From assembly GCA_036172245.1 (NCBI GenBank), contig JAYWIR010000039.1, forward strand, positions 1,054,001 to 1,118,000: 64,000 bases of DNA. The letters run 5' to 3'. Source of the DNA: Raillietiella orientalis. Lineage: Eukaryota. Numbering within the stretch: position 1 is the stretch's first letter; the number at the start of each line of letters is the position of its first letter. Positions 35,656-47,183 of this stretch are shown here, piece by piece. The position numbers and the translations under genes are program-made. The notes under the pieces are model-generated. The model was not told the origin of the DNA and did no database searches. It saw nothing but the letters and a program-made list of their open reading frames with translations.

Positions 35656-38600
35656 TCACTTGCCGTACACGGAGTACCTGTTGTTGAAGAACACCGGGTA
35701 CGTGTAGCTGTGGTGGAGGGAGAACGGGTGGGATGGGCCCAGGTGCGGCATGAACATGGAGCGCAGGTAATTGACGCTCTCCAGGAATATCCTCATATCT
35801 CTGGACGAGGCTTCCGGCTTGTGCAAAAGTCCATTGTGGCCAACGCTCCGGTGATTGGCGGGCGGTCCCTGCGCCCTGATCAGCGGCGGATAACCGCCGA
35901 TTAGCGGCGTCCGGTACTCGGCGAGCTCCCTGGCTTGGCCTTCCGGGCCACTGGGATGGGGAAAGCCCGCGACTTGGAGGTCGCGAGCGAGGAATAGAGG
36001 CCGATGGTATCTCGGAGGCAGAAGGTGCACGTATTTGGGGTGGTGGCTCAGGTCTTGGGGCAGGGGTAGCCCGAGGCTACCGACGCCGTCCACGTACTGG
36101 GGAAGGATCCCTCCTTGGATGTGCGCCTGCGCCGAATCCAACCTCCTCGAGAGGTCGACGCGCGCCTCCTTCCCGAAGGGTCCCAGCAGGTTGGCAGGAC
36201 TGCCACCCGAGGAGAACCTGCTGCGGTTTCCCTGGATACCTGTCCCCAAGGAAAGTTGCTTCCCTCTACCTCTTCCTCTTCGTCCTGACAGGGGAGTGAG
36301 GTCGCCACCGCTGCTGTTCCTCCTCCTTCCCCTCCTGCTCATGCGTCTGGCTATCCTCGGAGGTTGGCACATCTGCAACCCAACGGATTACTGGAACTCT
36401 CATTCAAGCATCCGCGCGCGCTGGATCCTCGAGGCGGAAATGGACATCTTCATCTTCGCGCCCTGGAGCCAAGGAGACCGCGAGTCGGAAGCCATGCCGG
36501 CGACCCCTGCTCGAGGGAGCAGCAACTCCCAGTGTCTGCGAAAACGCGAGAGCTTCCCGAGGATCGACCGTGCTCCGCACTGACCGCCTCTGCACTGTCA
36601 GGCCCTTCCGTTCCCGTGGGAACGGGAGGACCGATGAGGAGCGAAGCGGCGGGCAAGGTTACGGGAAGAGCGAGGGAACACTGAGCGCGCACGCGCGGGG
36701 GGGGGGGGAGGTCAGGACCAAGCGAAGGAGGAGGAACTCAGAGAAGACTGCCTGGTAGTCACCGAAAGCCGCAGGGTGGCGCGGAGGACTCCCTGCTGCT
36801 GCAGGCTGCGCGCCCTGCCGTGCATCGGGCGCGGGCATCGGCGACCTAGCTTTTCCTTCGGGGTCGAAAGTCTCGACCTCCTTCGGAGAAGGTCACGCGT
36901 GCGACTTGTGTGTTCGACGGCACGCCGTGAGGAGTCCCGCGGTGAGTCAAGAGAGTGATCAGGTCCCGTGGAAGAAACGCGCAGCCTCCGCACCCTCCCC
37001 ATCCTCTCCTCCCCTTCGTCGCTGACCGTCCAGATGAGCGCGACGCGGCCGAAGGTCCGACGCCATCCAGAAGCAGCGGAGTGGAGGCGGAACCCAGAGA
37101 AGAGCGCAGCCAGCGTTCTTCCGATTCTGGGAGGGCACCGGGAAGAGGTCACGCTAAGGGGGTGGTGGGGTGACTTTAACGAAAGTGTCGCGTAGGCAGA
37201 TGTGTCACGCGGTGCTCTTTGAAAGGTCTGTTCCCGGCAGTGACTCGCCTCCCGCTCTCCCGGCGACCTGCTCGAGGACAGGTCACTCCATTCTCCGGCG
37301 AGCGGCTCTTAAGCAAAGAGCTGTCGCCAAGAGTTTTGGGGGAATGGCTGCCCCTACTGAACTCGAAGAGGACTGCGCTTAGGGGAAACTGCTACAAGAA
37401 GAAGCTTGGACGGGATGACATCCACCCTCCAGCTCATGGACTACGAAGCCGGGGATTCCTACTTGGCGGAGTGCATCCATGGGTTGCATTGGTAGGCGTG
37501 CTGATGCCTAAGTGCACCGAAAAGCACGGTTGCTCCTCCCTTGCAACTGTGCCCAAAGGTGAACTGGTGACTTTTTTCCGGGTAACCTCTCCTTTTGGAA
37601 GAGGCACTGGGAAGCAAGAGTAGGGAGAACTGTCTCGAAACCCGAGAGCTGCCTCGTGGACCTTTTCCTTGTCCATTCCTAGAGGTTACGCCGCGGCTTC
37701 CCTGGGCTGGAATGCAGGAGCTGCCTTCTGTCTATGCTTCGGGATGGGGGGGGGGGGGAAGGGGAGGAAGCAGAGGTATCCGTGATCTTCCGTTCTTCGT
37801 CCTCTCCCAGGGCAAGGAGGCCGCCGCGCTCTCTCAGACTGGTTCCCAGATGGACTGCTGCGCGCCCGGTCCGGTTGCTAAGCGAGCAGGCGCGATCCTT
37901 TCCAGGGGAGTGCACGTCCTCACAGAGGGGTCGGTCGGTCCCCATGCTTCTCCTGATCTCGGGAGAGACGGAGACCCCTTGGAAGCCGGAAAGCTGCGGG
38001 AAGTTTTGGGAGGAAATGGGGAAGAGGGAGGGAACGAGCGGAAGCATCGGTGGAGTTCACCTCCGTCCTCCCTCTGCACTTCAGATGTCCCTCCCCACCG
38101 AGGCCCGAGGGAGAAGGGGAGAAGGAAGGGGAAAAGGAGGCCCGCCATCTCTTTTCTGTAGCGAGGATTGCGCCTCCCGGAGATCTAGCTCTCGAGGTCG
38201 CCCCTGCATCCTCGGACCTCCTGCTCTCCTGGAAGGATCGAGCGGACGCACTTTTCGCTCGTCCTTTGTTCGCGCAGACGAAGCCCCAGTCCCAGTGGAG
38301 AAGACGCCCTGGGGCAAGGTGGGATTACCTTTCATGCCGCTGGAGTTCCTGATGATCCCTGAGGTGGTGGGAGTCCCAGCTGAGGCGGCGGCAGTGCTGG
38401 TGGGGGGACCCGAGTTTATGGCTGGGCGCGGATCCACCGTCGAGCCTCCCGCGTAGGACAGGGCAAGGAGGAAGCCGAAGATCAGCAGTGTCCGCACCCC
38501 TATTTGGCGCTGAAAGTCACAGAGGTCAGTGGGGAGAGGTAGGTGGACGGAGCGCATCCTCAGCTGCTCCTCGGAAAGGGTGGGCCGCACAGCCCACCGG

Positions 38601-40949
38601 CGGAGGGAGCGTGCTGAGTAAGTGGCGCGAGCGCCCGTCGCCTGGGCTCCCGCTTGCCGCCCACGCCCTGATCACCCCAGGGTCGGATGTTCACGTGTCA
38701 GCTCCTTGGGAAGCTGCACGCATGTGGGCCATCCGGGAGGAAAGGGGAAGGAGAGGGATCAAAGGGTGAAGCGGAGACGGGTATGTGCCCCAGACCCTTC
38801 TTGCAGCCAAACTGAAAGTCGGCCCTCCTCCGTTCCGGTCCGCTCCTCCTGGCGAAGGATGGAGAGAAACCAAGGAGGATGAGAGAGCACATGCCCTCGA
38901 CCCCAGAGCTTTACCCCAGAGGGCGGAGTCACAAGAACGCACTTTCACCACCGTCCTCGCTCGGGTGGCCTTCACCCTACCGCCGCCGTCCCCGAGCGAC
39001 CTTCCCGGCGTCGCGGGCATTCCTGCGGCGGGAAGTGGTCAGCCCTCCGACTCCGGGAGCCGGAGGAGAAACGCAGGAACACGCAGAGGAGGAGAGGAGC
39101 TGACCTTGACCCGCACCGGTGTCCTCCTTGAGGATCCGTCCTCCCCTTTACACCCTCTGGATCTTCCAGGAGCGCATCTATCAGGCGGTTTGTGGTCAAC
39201 TAGCGAGAGGAGCACAAGGCGAGGCGAGGAAGAACCGGAGCTCTAGGAAGACCTCCTGGTGGTCACCGAAAGCCGCAGGGAGTCGCAGAGGGCTTCCTGC
39301 TACTGCGAGCTACGCGCCCTGCCGCGCTCCGGAAGGGAGTTGGCAACCCAACTTTTCTCCGGGTGGCTTTCCTACTTCTGGGTGATCCCCTAACTTCCTC
39401 TCTGCTTAGCGAAAGCCTTCCTCGTACTTTCAGGAGGTCACAAGTCTACCCAGTGGTCACTGCTGTCCTCCAAATGGAGGTTCTCGAGGGAGCCCTATAT
39501 CAATTGAGAGTCGCGATTCCTATCAACCACAGGACGGCTGGCAATTGTGAGCGCCATCACGAGCCAAAAAGCGAGGAGGAAGAGTGGTGGAGTGAAAGAA
39601 GAGTGGAAGAGGAATGGAGGAGAACTGGAGCGGTGGGAGATGAATGGAGGAGCAGTGGTGGAGTGGAGGCGGAGCGGAAGAGGAATGGAGAGTGGAAAAG
39701 GAATGGAAGAGGAATGAAGGAGTGATGGAGTGAAGGAGGAATGGGGGAGGAGTGGTGAAATGGAGGAGGATTCGTAACATCGCGGTGCTGCGAGCGGCCC
39801 TGGTCCTCAGAGTCCCCAGGGTCGCCTTCCCCTTCCCCCCTCTTCTTTGTTGTCCCTCTGCCCCCTGTGACGGCAACAGTGCGCCGGCGGGGAGATGCGC
39901 CGAGAAACCTCCGCGGTTTTGCGCCTGGGGCTGCGGCTGCGAGACTTCAACTCCGGGGCCCAAAAGTCCTTTCTCCTTCGCCCCGCCACTTCTTGCCGGC
40001 GGCTCCCGTGTGCGCGCCTGCGCGTGACCCGCAACGGCACCCCTCGGCAGGTGTGATCCCGAGCTAAAGAACAGCAGCAAGGAGGCGTGAGGGAGATGTG
40101 CAGGGTTGTAAAGGTGGCGTCCCTCTTCCAGAAATAAACCGGAGAGGAAGGCCGGGAGAAGGAGGGGGGGAGAGAAAGAAGGGAGAAAAAGGAAAATGCT
40201 TCCCCTGATCAAGGTGAACCGGAGCCATCAGCTGCATTCGCCTCTGGGCGGAGCTGCCACAAGGAGTGGCAGCGGCTTGGCAACGTGGGGAGGGGGGAGA
40301 AGCAGATGATTCCGCGCGCATCTTCCTTTCTATCGTAACCTACCCCGGAGCCCCTGGATCTAGTCCCGAAGGTCACTCTCCTTGCGTGAGGCGACCTTTT
40401 GGGGGAGGGTCGCCCCACGCAAGGGGTGAAGGAAACTTAATTGCGTCCCGGGAAGTTCTTGGGTGATGCGAGCAAAACGGGGTGAGTAGAACGAGATGGG
40501 AGGATCGGAAAGGAGATGAGGTTCCTCCGCAGCTGCTGCATCCTTGGGGGGAACGGGGACGAGTTTCTCGGGACGAATGAGCCGTAAGCACCGGCGCGGG
40601 GGAGACGGGCGGCCTCAGAGAGAGAAGGGGAAGGAGAAGCAGCCGGCTCCCCCTCGATTCCCCCCCCCCCCTCTTTTTCTAGCGCGTCCCTTCCGCTCTT
40701 CTCGGTAAGCCAAGCCAAGCAGGGAGAGGAAGGGGGTAGGGAAAAGACCAGAACGATTCCTTCCCATACCCCTTTCGTTCCGATTTCGCGCTCCGGCGAG
40801 AGAAGTGAGGGCGGATGGGGGGCAAGTGAGAGCTACCCCCCGAGCAATCTCGCTCGCCCCGTGGGGTTCCCGCAGGAGCGCCCCTTGCGCAGCAGCGGCC
40901 GACCCAGAGGCACCCAGCGACTTACCCTGGTGCGTGCCGTGCTGTCCAT
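35656..40949 (-). CDS. Secreted low-complexity (Pro/His/Ser) precursor protein with RTKRKR basic cleavage site, ~289 aa
   Basis: Model complement(join(35656..36217,36270..36372,38329..38509,40926..40949)) = 870 nt, in frame. Micro-exon MDSTARTR|GTAAGT; exon 2 RQIGVRTLLIFGFLLALSYAGG (signal peptide) plus a Ser/Thr stretch, donor G|GTAATC; exon 3 acidic DVPTSEDSQTHEQEGKEEEQQ..RTKRK; 52-nt intron; exon 4 FSSGGSPANLL..SYTYPVFFNNRYSVYGK. AATAAA at 35370-35375. Additional internal exons or a final exon near 35434-35460 are possible. Confidence 0.62.
36740..37500 (+). mobile_element. Decayed APE-type LINE endonuclease fragment (intronic)
   Basis: EDCLVVTES (cf. D..xLQET), EER..FF and WGDFN (37165-37182) in order; the 5' ~130 bp is repeated at 39247-39385. 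Confidence 0.6.
39240..39400 (+). mobile_element. Second copy of the endonuclease 5' fragment (intronic)
   Basis: GAAGAC..CCTGGT.GTCACCGAAAGCCGCAGGG..GCGCCCTGCCG shared with 36743-36870. Confidence 0.55.
39570..39770 (+). repeat. Degenerate purine-rich GGAGT/GGAAT simple repeat (intronic)
   Basis: Repeated GAGTGGAG/GAATGGAG units. Confidence 0.8.
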
Positions 40950-41749
40950 GGGTGACCTCTCGTGCTCATCGAACGTTCCGAGTCCTTCTCGGAGGCTCTC
41001 TGCGGGGCCTTTCGTGTCCCGCCGCCGCGCCTCTCTCCACAAAAACAAGTTTTTCCCGGTGGCAAGGCGTTGCCGTTGGTTACGAGATGAAAGGCCGCTG
41101 CTGCTGCCGCCGCTGGAACGAGGAAAGGCTCGGGCATCGCAGCAGGCGCGATAAGGCGCGGGCGAACCTTATCTGGAGGGCGGAGGGCGTGGGGACGGGG
41201 GCTGAGTAGAGTTCCTTCCCGGCCCGCGAGGAGGTGGGTTCTCCGGGAGCGCCCAGTCTTTCCATCGGGGAGAGCGCGCTGCCCAGGGCAACCGCTCGCG
41301 CCGGCCGGCCGACTGCGTGGATCTCAAGGCCGTGGCCGCCGCATGGGGTTGCGGCGACCGGGAGAGGGGGAGGAGGTACGAGGTGGTCTTGTCGGGTCAC
41401 CGGCGACTATCCCGGATCCCGGCTCGCTGCGGACGGGTGGGCAGGGAGCGCAACTTCGGTCGGCGCAGGACGGCAGTGCTACAGCCTCCGCCGATGGTCC
41501 GGAAGATTCTGAGGCTGCTCACTTTCCTCCTCGAAGGGCCCCGGATTTCGCTTTCGTGGACGCCTGCCTTTTGTCCGCGGGGGTGATGGGGCAATCACCC
41601 CTGGAGCTCCGCGCGCCCTTTCACCGGGCTCTTGAAGCCCCGGGGGTCTCGCCACTCAAGGGTCGCCATCTTGGATGGAAAGAAAGAAGTGGGGAGGGGG
41701 GGGGGGAGAAGCGCGCGTGAACTGGCAAAAAAGGAAAAGAAAGGAAGCG

Positions 41750-43800
41750 GATCGACGCGTGGGGGAGGATGCCAGGTGACCTCTGCCGTGGGACGCGGGA
41801 GACAGGAGGATGGCATCTTCTTTCGAAAGAGTTGCTCCCGCCCCTGTTCCTTCGTAAGGGAAAGGGCTGAGGGTGGCAGGGCGCATATGCTGTCCGGCTT
41901 GGCGGTTTCGAGAGATCTTTCGTGGAATTTCCACCGGGAAACATAACGGGAAGAAACCGTTGCGCCTCCGAAGCCGCTGTCACTTTCACTTTCGGCCATG
42001 TGGAGCGTCCGCGGAAAGGAAGGAAACTTAATTGCGGCCCGGGCAGCCCTGAGGCGATGCGGGCAGCTGCTGCCCCGCGCCGCGTAGCCTTTCCCTCCTC
42101 TCTCCCTTTGTGCGCCCAGCCCGGGCTGCTGGAGCGTCCTTCCTGCGGTGCTCGACCCGCTTCAGGCCTTCCCGCGACCCCCAGGTCGATTCCCAGGATG
42201 GTGCCCCGCGGCGAGGAGAGGGCCGAGGAAGGGCTCGCTTCCCGAGACCCTCGGGAGCGCAGGTCACAGCGGGCGAGAGGGCGGTGCTCTGTCCCGCTCC
42301 GACGCCGTGAGAGTGTCGTACCGCCCTCTTAAGTTGGTCAGCGTGCCAGGCGCACGTCGAAAGTGACAGCGGTTCCTGCCCTCCCCGGCGGCAGAACGGG
42401 AAGGCCCCATCCCTCGCTCCGGTATTCGGAGAGCGGGCAGCACTGGGGGATGAAATGCGACCAACGACCGAAGTGCATGCAAGGAGGCTCGAAACGGAAG
42501 CGGCGCTCCAGATCACTAATGCGCGGTCCTCGGCAGCTGCCGGCACCTCCTCTCCAACGAGCGGTGCATCGCAACGACTGTCCGAGCCTCCCGCTCCCTG
42601 AATGCCAAGGCAGCTGACCGAAGGATCCTCAACTTTGCCGCAAAAGGAGGAAGAGAGGAAGATGAAGTGGAGGAGGATATCTACAAGAAATTCTCCCTGC
42701 TCTCCCCAGAAACGGCTCTCTGCTTCCGTCTCCCCGGAAGACGCTTCGTGCTGACTGCTTTTCAGCGAGTGACTTCCCGAAAACCAGAGAAGTCGACCGG
42801 CTCTGGTTTTCTTTGTGGAATCAAATGACCCGTGGGGCATTTCAAGCGGGTCCCTGGGCCCGGAAACTGCACGCCAGCAACAGGTAGGAGAAGGGCATGC
42901 CCACTCCGGGCAATCGGGACTGCTGCCAGACCTTTTTGGTTTTGTTGGCGAAGAGAGCCTTTGCGCGATCACTTCGACCACTCTGAAGATTCCTCCTGAT
43001 CTTTCCGCCCTCTGCATCTGCATCCTCGCAAAACTCTGTCCAACTCTTCCGTTCCTATTCTATGTCTCAGAAGATCCCTAGAAGACGGGTGGACCACCAT
43101 GAGATGCGAGTCTTCCAGAAGAGCGCGCATGGTGTCTGGAGAACTCATGAGTCCATTTCCGAATGTAGCTGCCTGAGGACCGGTTGCCGAGCTTCCATCT
43201 CGTCCGTGCTCGGGCAGCAGTTCGGTCTGCAGCCTTCAGGGCGGCACGAGTGCCGCAAAATCTTTCCCGTGCTACTGCGGCAGGGTGCCCTCGAGGACCT
43301 CCATCCCTCGAGGAAGCTGCCAGCGGCCTGCCTCGTGCTTCCCCTGCTGAGGATGTGGGAGGATGTTGTTCTTCGGCAGTAACTGATCCACCGATAGACT
43401 TCGGGTCCGTAGGGATTGCTTCTATCTCCCACCGAGGTTGTCCTCTAGGTGGCATCTGCATCCTCTTCCTCCCCAGGCCGTAGCACGTCGCGACTGCGCA
43501 AGGTTTCCACAATCGAAGGACTGAAGGGAAGCTGTTGAGATAGAGGACCTTCGCGCTCGCCTACAGCGGTCTCCGACACTGCCGCGCCAACGAGGGGAAT
43601 TCGAGTGGAGTGTCAAGTGGGGTGTCTCTCGTCTCGAGAAAGACTCCTCTACCGTGAGAGCCAAATCTCTGGCCCGCACCTCTTCCTTGCTTCCGAGATC
43701 GCAATGGAGGACCTTGAAGGACAGAGAAATCAGTTTCCTTCGTTTTTCGAACCCCAGTTCGAATTCGCGAGGAACATCCACACCGACTAACGCCACCCAG
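41750..43800 (+). mobile_element. Decayed LINE endonuclease/linker fragments
   Basis: GGAAACTTAATTGCG (GDFNC-like; also at ~40432) and HWGMK (cf. xWKxN). No intact frame; boundaries approximate. Confidence 0.35.
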
Positions 43801-45438
43801 CATTAGCAGCGCTCTTGCGTCTCCTTTTAAAGCTCCAAAGAAACATCTTCAGGAGATACTCAGTTACATCACGCAAGCCAATCACCAGGGATTGCTGCAA
43901 ATGGAAATGTTTTTGACCCTTGCAAGAAGTTCATTCGCAGCAATCCGTAGGGATTGGTGTTCGTGGTATTATTACATATACATACATACATGTATATAAA
44001 CGGACATACGCACACATAAAACTCAAGATTTCTTGCTACCATTTTGCCTGTCTGAAAGGATCTCCCGGACGAAAGAACACTGGATAGTTTTTCTGAAAGT
44101 CCAATGTAGTTCCGTACAAAGCCAACAGATACTGCTGCTATGCCAACCAACTCACGTTCGAGAACCGAGAAGGAAGATCGGTTTGCGAGGCTGTTTTCTT
44201 GCTTACGGACACATCCCCTGTTCGCCAAAAGCAACCAGTGTTTTCTCTGCATCCAAACACAAGGGAATCAAGTGTTAAGAATCAGTGAAGAAATAAAAGG
44301 AAGCCACGCTTAGCTTGAGCCTTCCGACCACGTGATTCATGTTTGTGCCGCGCGAGTTTCTGGCACGTCTCGGCGCCGTGTTTCTCGAGAATCAACCCTT
44401 CTCATGGGGATGTAAACGTGGGAAGTTAAAGTTTTTAGCTAGCAACAGTCCCATCTCAGCTTGAGTCCTCGGTTCGAATGCTGCCCGCACGCTAAGCCTC
44501 TACATCGGCAGAGACATAAACACCGGTCTTCCAAGTCTTTCTTCTACGAAGCCGTGTGCAGAGAACGCTGCAGCAACTTGTTCGGGAATGCACGCTTCAA
44601 TCGTTCAATGGCTGTAGGACCCTTCTGGGAAGACAGTCTTCGCAGCAGCCGATTGCGACTCAGAGTCGGAGACTCCGGTGTGCAGCTCACTCATCCATCG
44701 AAATGGAATACCATGTAAGAAAATCGCAAGCAGACGCTCTCGGGACAAAGGAAACGAAGACTGCAAACAAGGATGGAAATGAGGGAATGCTGCAGTCCAG
44801 CCAGGAATGGCACTTGGAGTGTTACGTCATCCGAACCGGGCTCTGCAGGCGCATCATGGAGATCCTCCTTTTACGATCATTTTCGGGAACAAACGGATCC
44901 GAATGGTGATTACACGTGGCGCCGCATCATCCTCTGAAGAAAACTTCATCTTGAAAATGGTGGAAACAGCTCTTTTTCTGTTCATTCTGAAGGAAGCAGC
45001 AGGTACTTGTCTGGATGTGCGGATGTCATGGAAACCCGCGGTCTCAACGCCGACGAAAAGTGGAGCATTCGGAGCTGCCATCTGTTTGCTCATCAGGACA
45101 AGTTGCAAAGCATCAATCCAAGTTGGCTCGCTGCAGAATCTGTTCCCAGCTCATTCGTCCGGAGCATTCTCTTAGATCCGGACGCGTACAGAGGATGGGG
45201 GTCTCTCTTAGCAGACCACTTGATTTCCGCAGAGCTCCCACAGAGGGGACACCCAATTCCGGAGTTCTCCCGTGGCTCCAGAAAAGCGAAAACCCTTCTC
45301 TCCCTGTCTCAGGAAAATACGTCTGCACGACCGCCGCTGCAGCGAATCTCTCGCTTCGTGCAGGGATACCACTCCAGTGTTGTCTTTCTGTGAGAGATGC
45401 TCACGCCAGCTTGCGCCTGCAATAGTCTGCAGCGCGCG

Positions 45439-46530
45439 CGTTGGGCCGAATGGATGCGGTCCCGGGCGTGGTGCAAAGCGTTGCGGGTTCGAATCCCCAC
45501 GTGGAGGATCGATTCCGAGAACGGGGGTGCTTCGTGAGTTCAGAGTCCCCCTCCCGCGCGACGACGCTTGTTGGCCTCTGGACTTAGGGTAAGGCACTGG
45601 TGGAGCCGGATGCTCCGTTGGCGGGCCGGGATTGAAAGCTGACCCTCCGGGGTCATTCCAGGGATCAAGGAGCCATTCGGGGTTACCCTCCGGTTGTGCA
45701 AATGGATCCCTCCATCGCGTACTATGGAGCTGGTTGATATCTCTCCATAGTGGGAAGAAGTGCTCTGCTCCCTTCGGGGAGAGACCTTCAGAGATATCGG
45801 GAAGCGTTCCTTCGGGGTTCCTTCACAGGAGGAAACAGGAAGCAGCTCCCTTGAGGGAAATGCCTCCGGAGAGAGCGAGGAAGAGGTTCAGAGGATGATC
45901 TCGTGTCTTGATCAGGTCTCTCGAAGATGCGCAGAGACTGCAGGCCGACAAACGAACGTTCAGGGAACTTCCGTCACGTCGAATCACGCAGGAATGGCCG
46001 ACGACCAGCAATCGACGCTCTTGAGTACCGGCTATTCCTCCCTGGATACCAGTGGTCGATGCTGAACAGATGCACTGGTGCCTGGCGTCCACCCGTGTAG
46101 CTGGCCTACGCGACCAAGCAACGCCTTGGATTTGCCGAGTTAAGGTGAGCCACAAGAAATTCCTGATCAGTGGTGGACTGTCCGGAAAGAGTGTCTCCCG
46201 GGTTTCCTTCGGGGCCAACCAAGTTAAGGGTTCCTTCTCTTCGGGGCTCCATCTCAAGCGTGAGAAGAACGGACTCCTTCCTCCGGAGCCCTTCCTAAAT
46301 TCGTGGGGCTCTCCCTATCTTGAAGGGTTACTACACGCACCCTATAATGGTGTGGACAGCGTTAAAGAGCTTCAATCCCCCCCCCCCCCTCCCGCTTAAA
46401 GAGCGGTTCTTCAGCACTTGTCGTCTCCCCTGCCTTCCTCAAAAAAAAAAAAAGAAACCCGAAAAAACACAAAAAAAAAGAGCTAGAAGGAAAGCAGCGA
46501 AAGCAGAACCCAAAAAGATTTCCCGTCATA
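45439..46530 (+). mobile_element. tRNA-headed SINE-like element, copy 4 (with ~300 bp insertion)
   Basis: A-box TGGGCCGAATGG 45442-45453, B-box 45486-45496. Body is collinear with copies 1 and 3 except for extra sequence at 45878-46180. A-rich tract 46440-46480. Confidence 0.75.
45878..46180 (+). mobile_element. Internal RT fragment inserted in SINE-like copy 4
   Basis: EEEVQRMISCLDQV..G..N..T resembles post-YADD RT domain 6. Flanked by TCCGGAGAGAGCG (45865-45877) and TCCGGAAAGAGTG (46181-46193). Confidence 0.45.
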
Positions 46531-47183
46531 GCAACGATCGCCCCGTAAGGTTGCTACTGGCCTTTTTTTTAAAAGAAAAATAGACTGCAGAGTGGCTGGA
46601 TGCGTCTCTACCCTACTGCAAACTCCGGCTCTTTAGCTGGAAACTGCGTCGGAGCCAGCAAGCGTGGATTTTCGTTCCAGCGCCATTCTGGAACCTATTC
46701 GTGCAAGGGTGCCACTCCAGTGTTGTGTTTCCATGAGAGATGCTCATGCCAGCTTACGTCTGCAATGGTCTGCAGCGCGCTTCAGAGCACATTCTGTGTG
46801 ATGCATTGAAAACGAATGCCACACCAGGAAGGATAAGAGAGAGAAGGGGAAAAAGGGGGCAAAATGGGAATAAAGTCGAGGGCCCCACCCCGAAAGCTGC
46901 GGACGGGACCGAAAGTGGGGAACCGTCCGTAAAAGACTCCGGTGTGCCACGTCGTGACAGGCTTGGCTCGGTTCCCAGTCCGGCGATCACCGTGGGCGAA
47001 CCCCGTGGTTCGGGTGGCCGCTGGCGTCGGTGCGGGCGCTTCGGCCACCGCGGGACGCGCACTCGAGAAAGAAATGCGAAAGACTGATCGCTGCCTATTC
47101 AATGTAACAACGTTTTTGTATTTCAAAGCCTCGAATTTTCATAAAAACAGAGGAGCGAAAGCGTCCTAAGACGGAAAGTCGAT

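Larger units (their letters stand above)
45355..46780 (+). repeat. ~83-bp direct repeat pair (45355-45438 and 46698-46780) bracketing SINE-like copy 4
   Basis: TTCGTGCA.GG..CCACTCCAGTGTTGT.TTTC..TGAGAGATGCTCA.GCCAGCTT.CG.CTGCAAT.GTCTGCAGCGCGC at both places. Confidence 0.8.
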
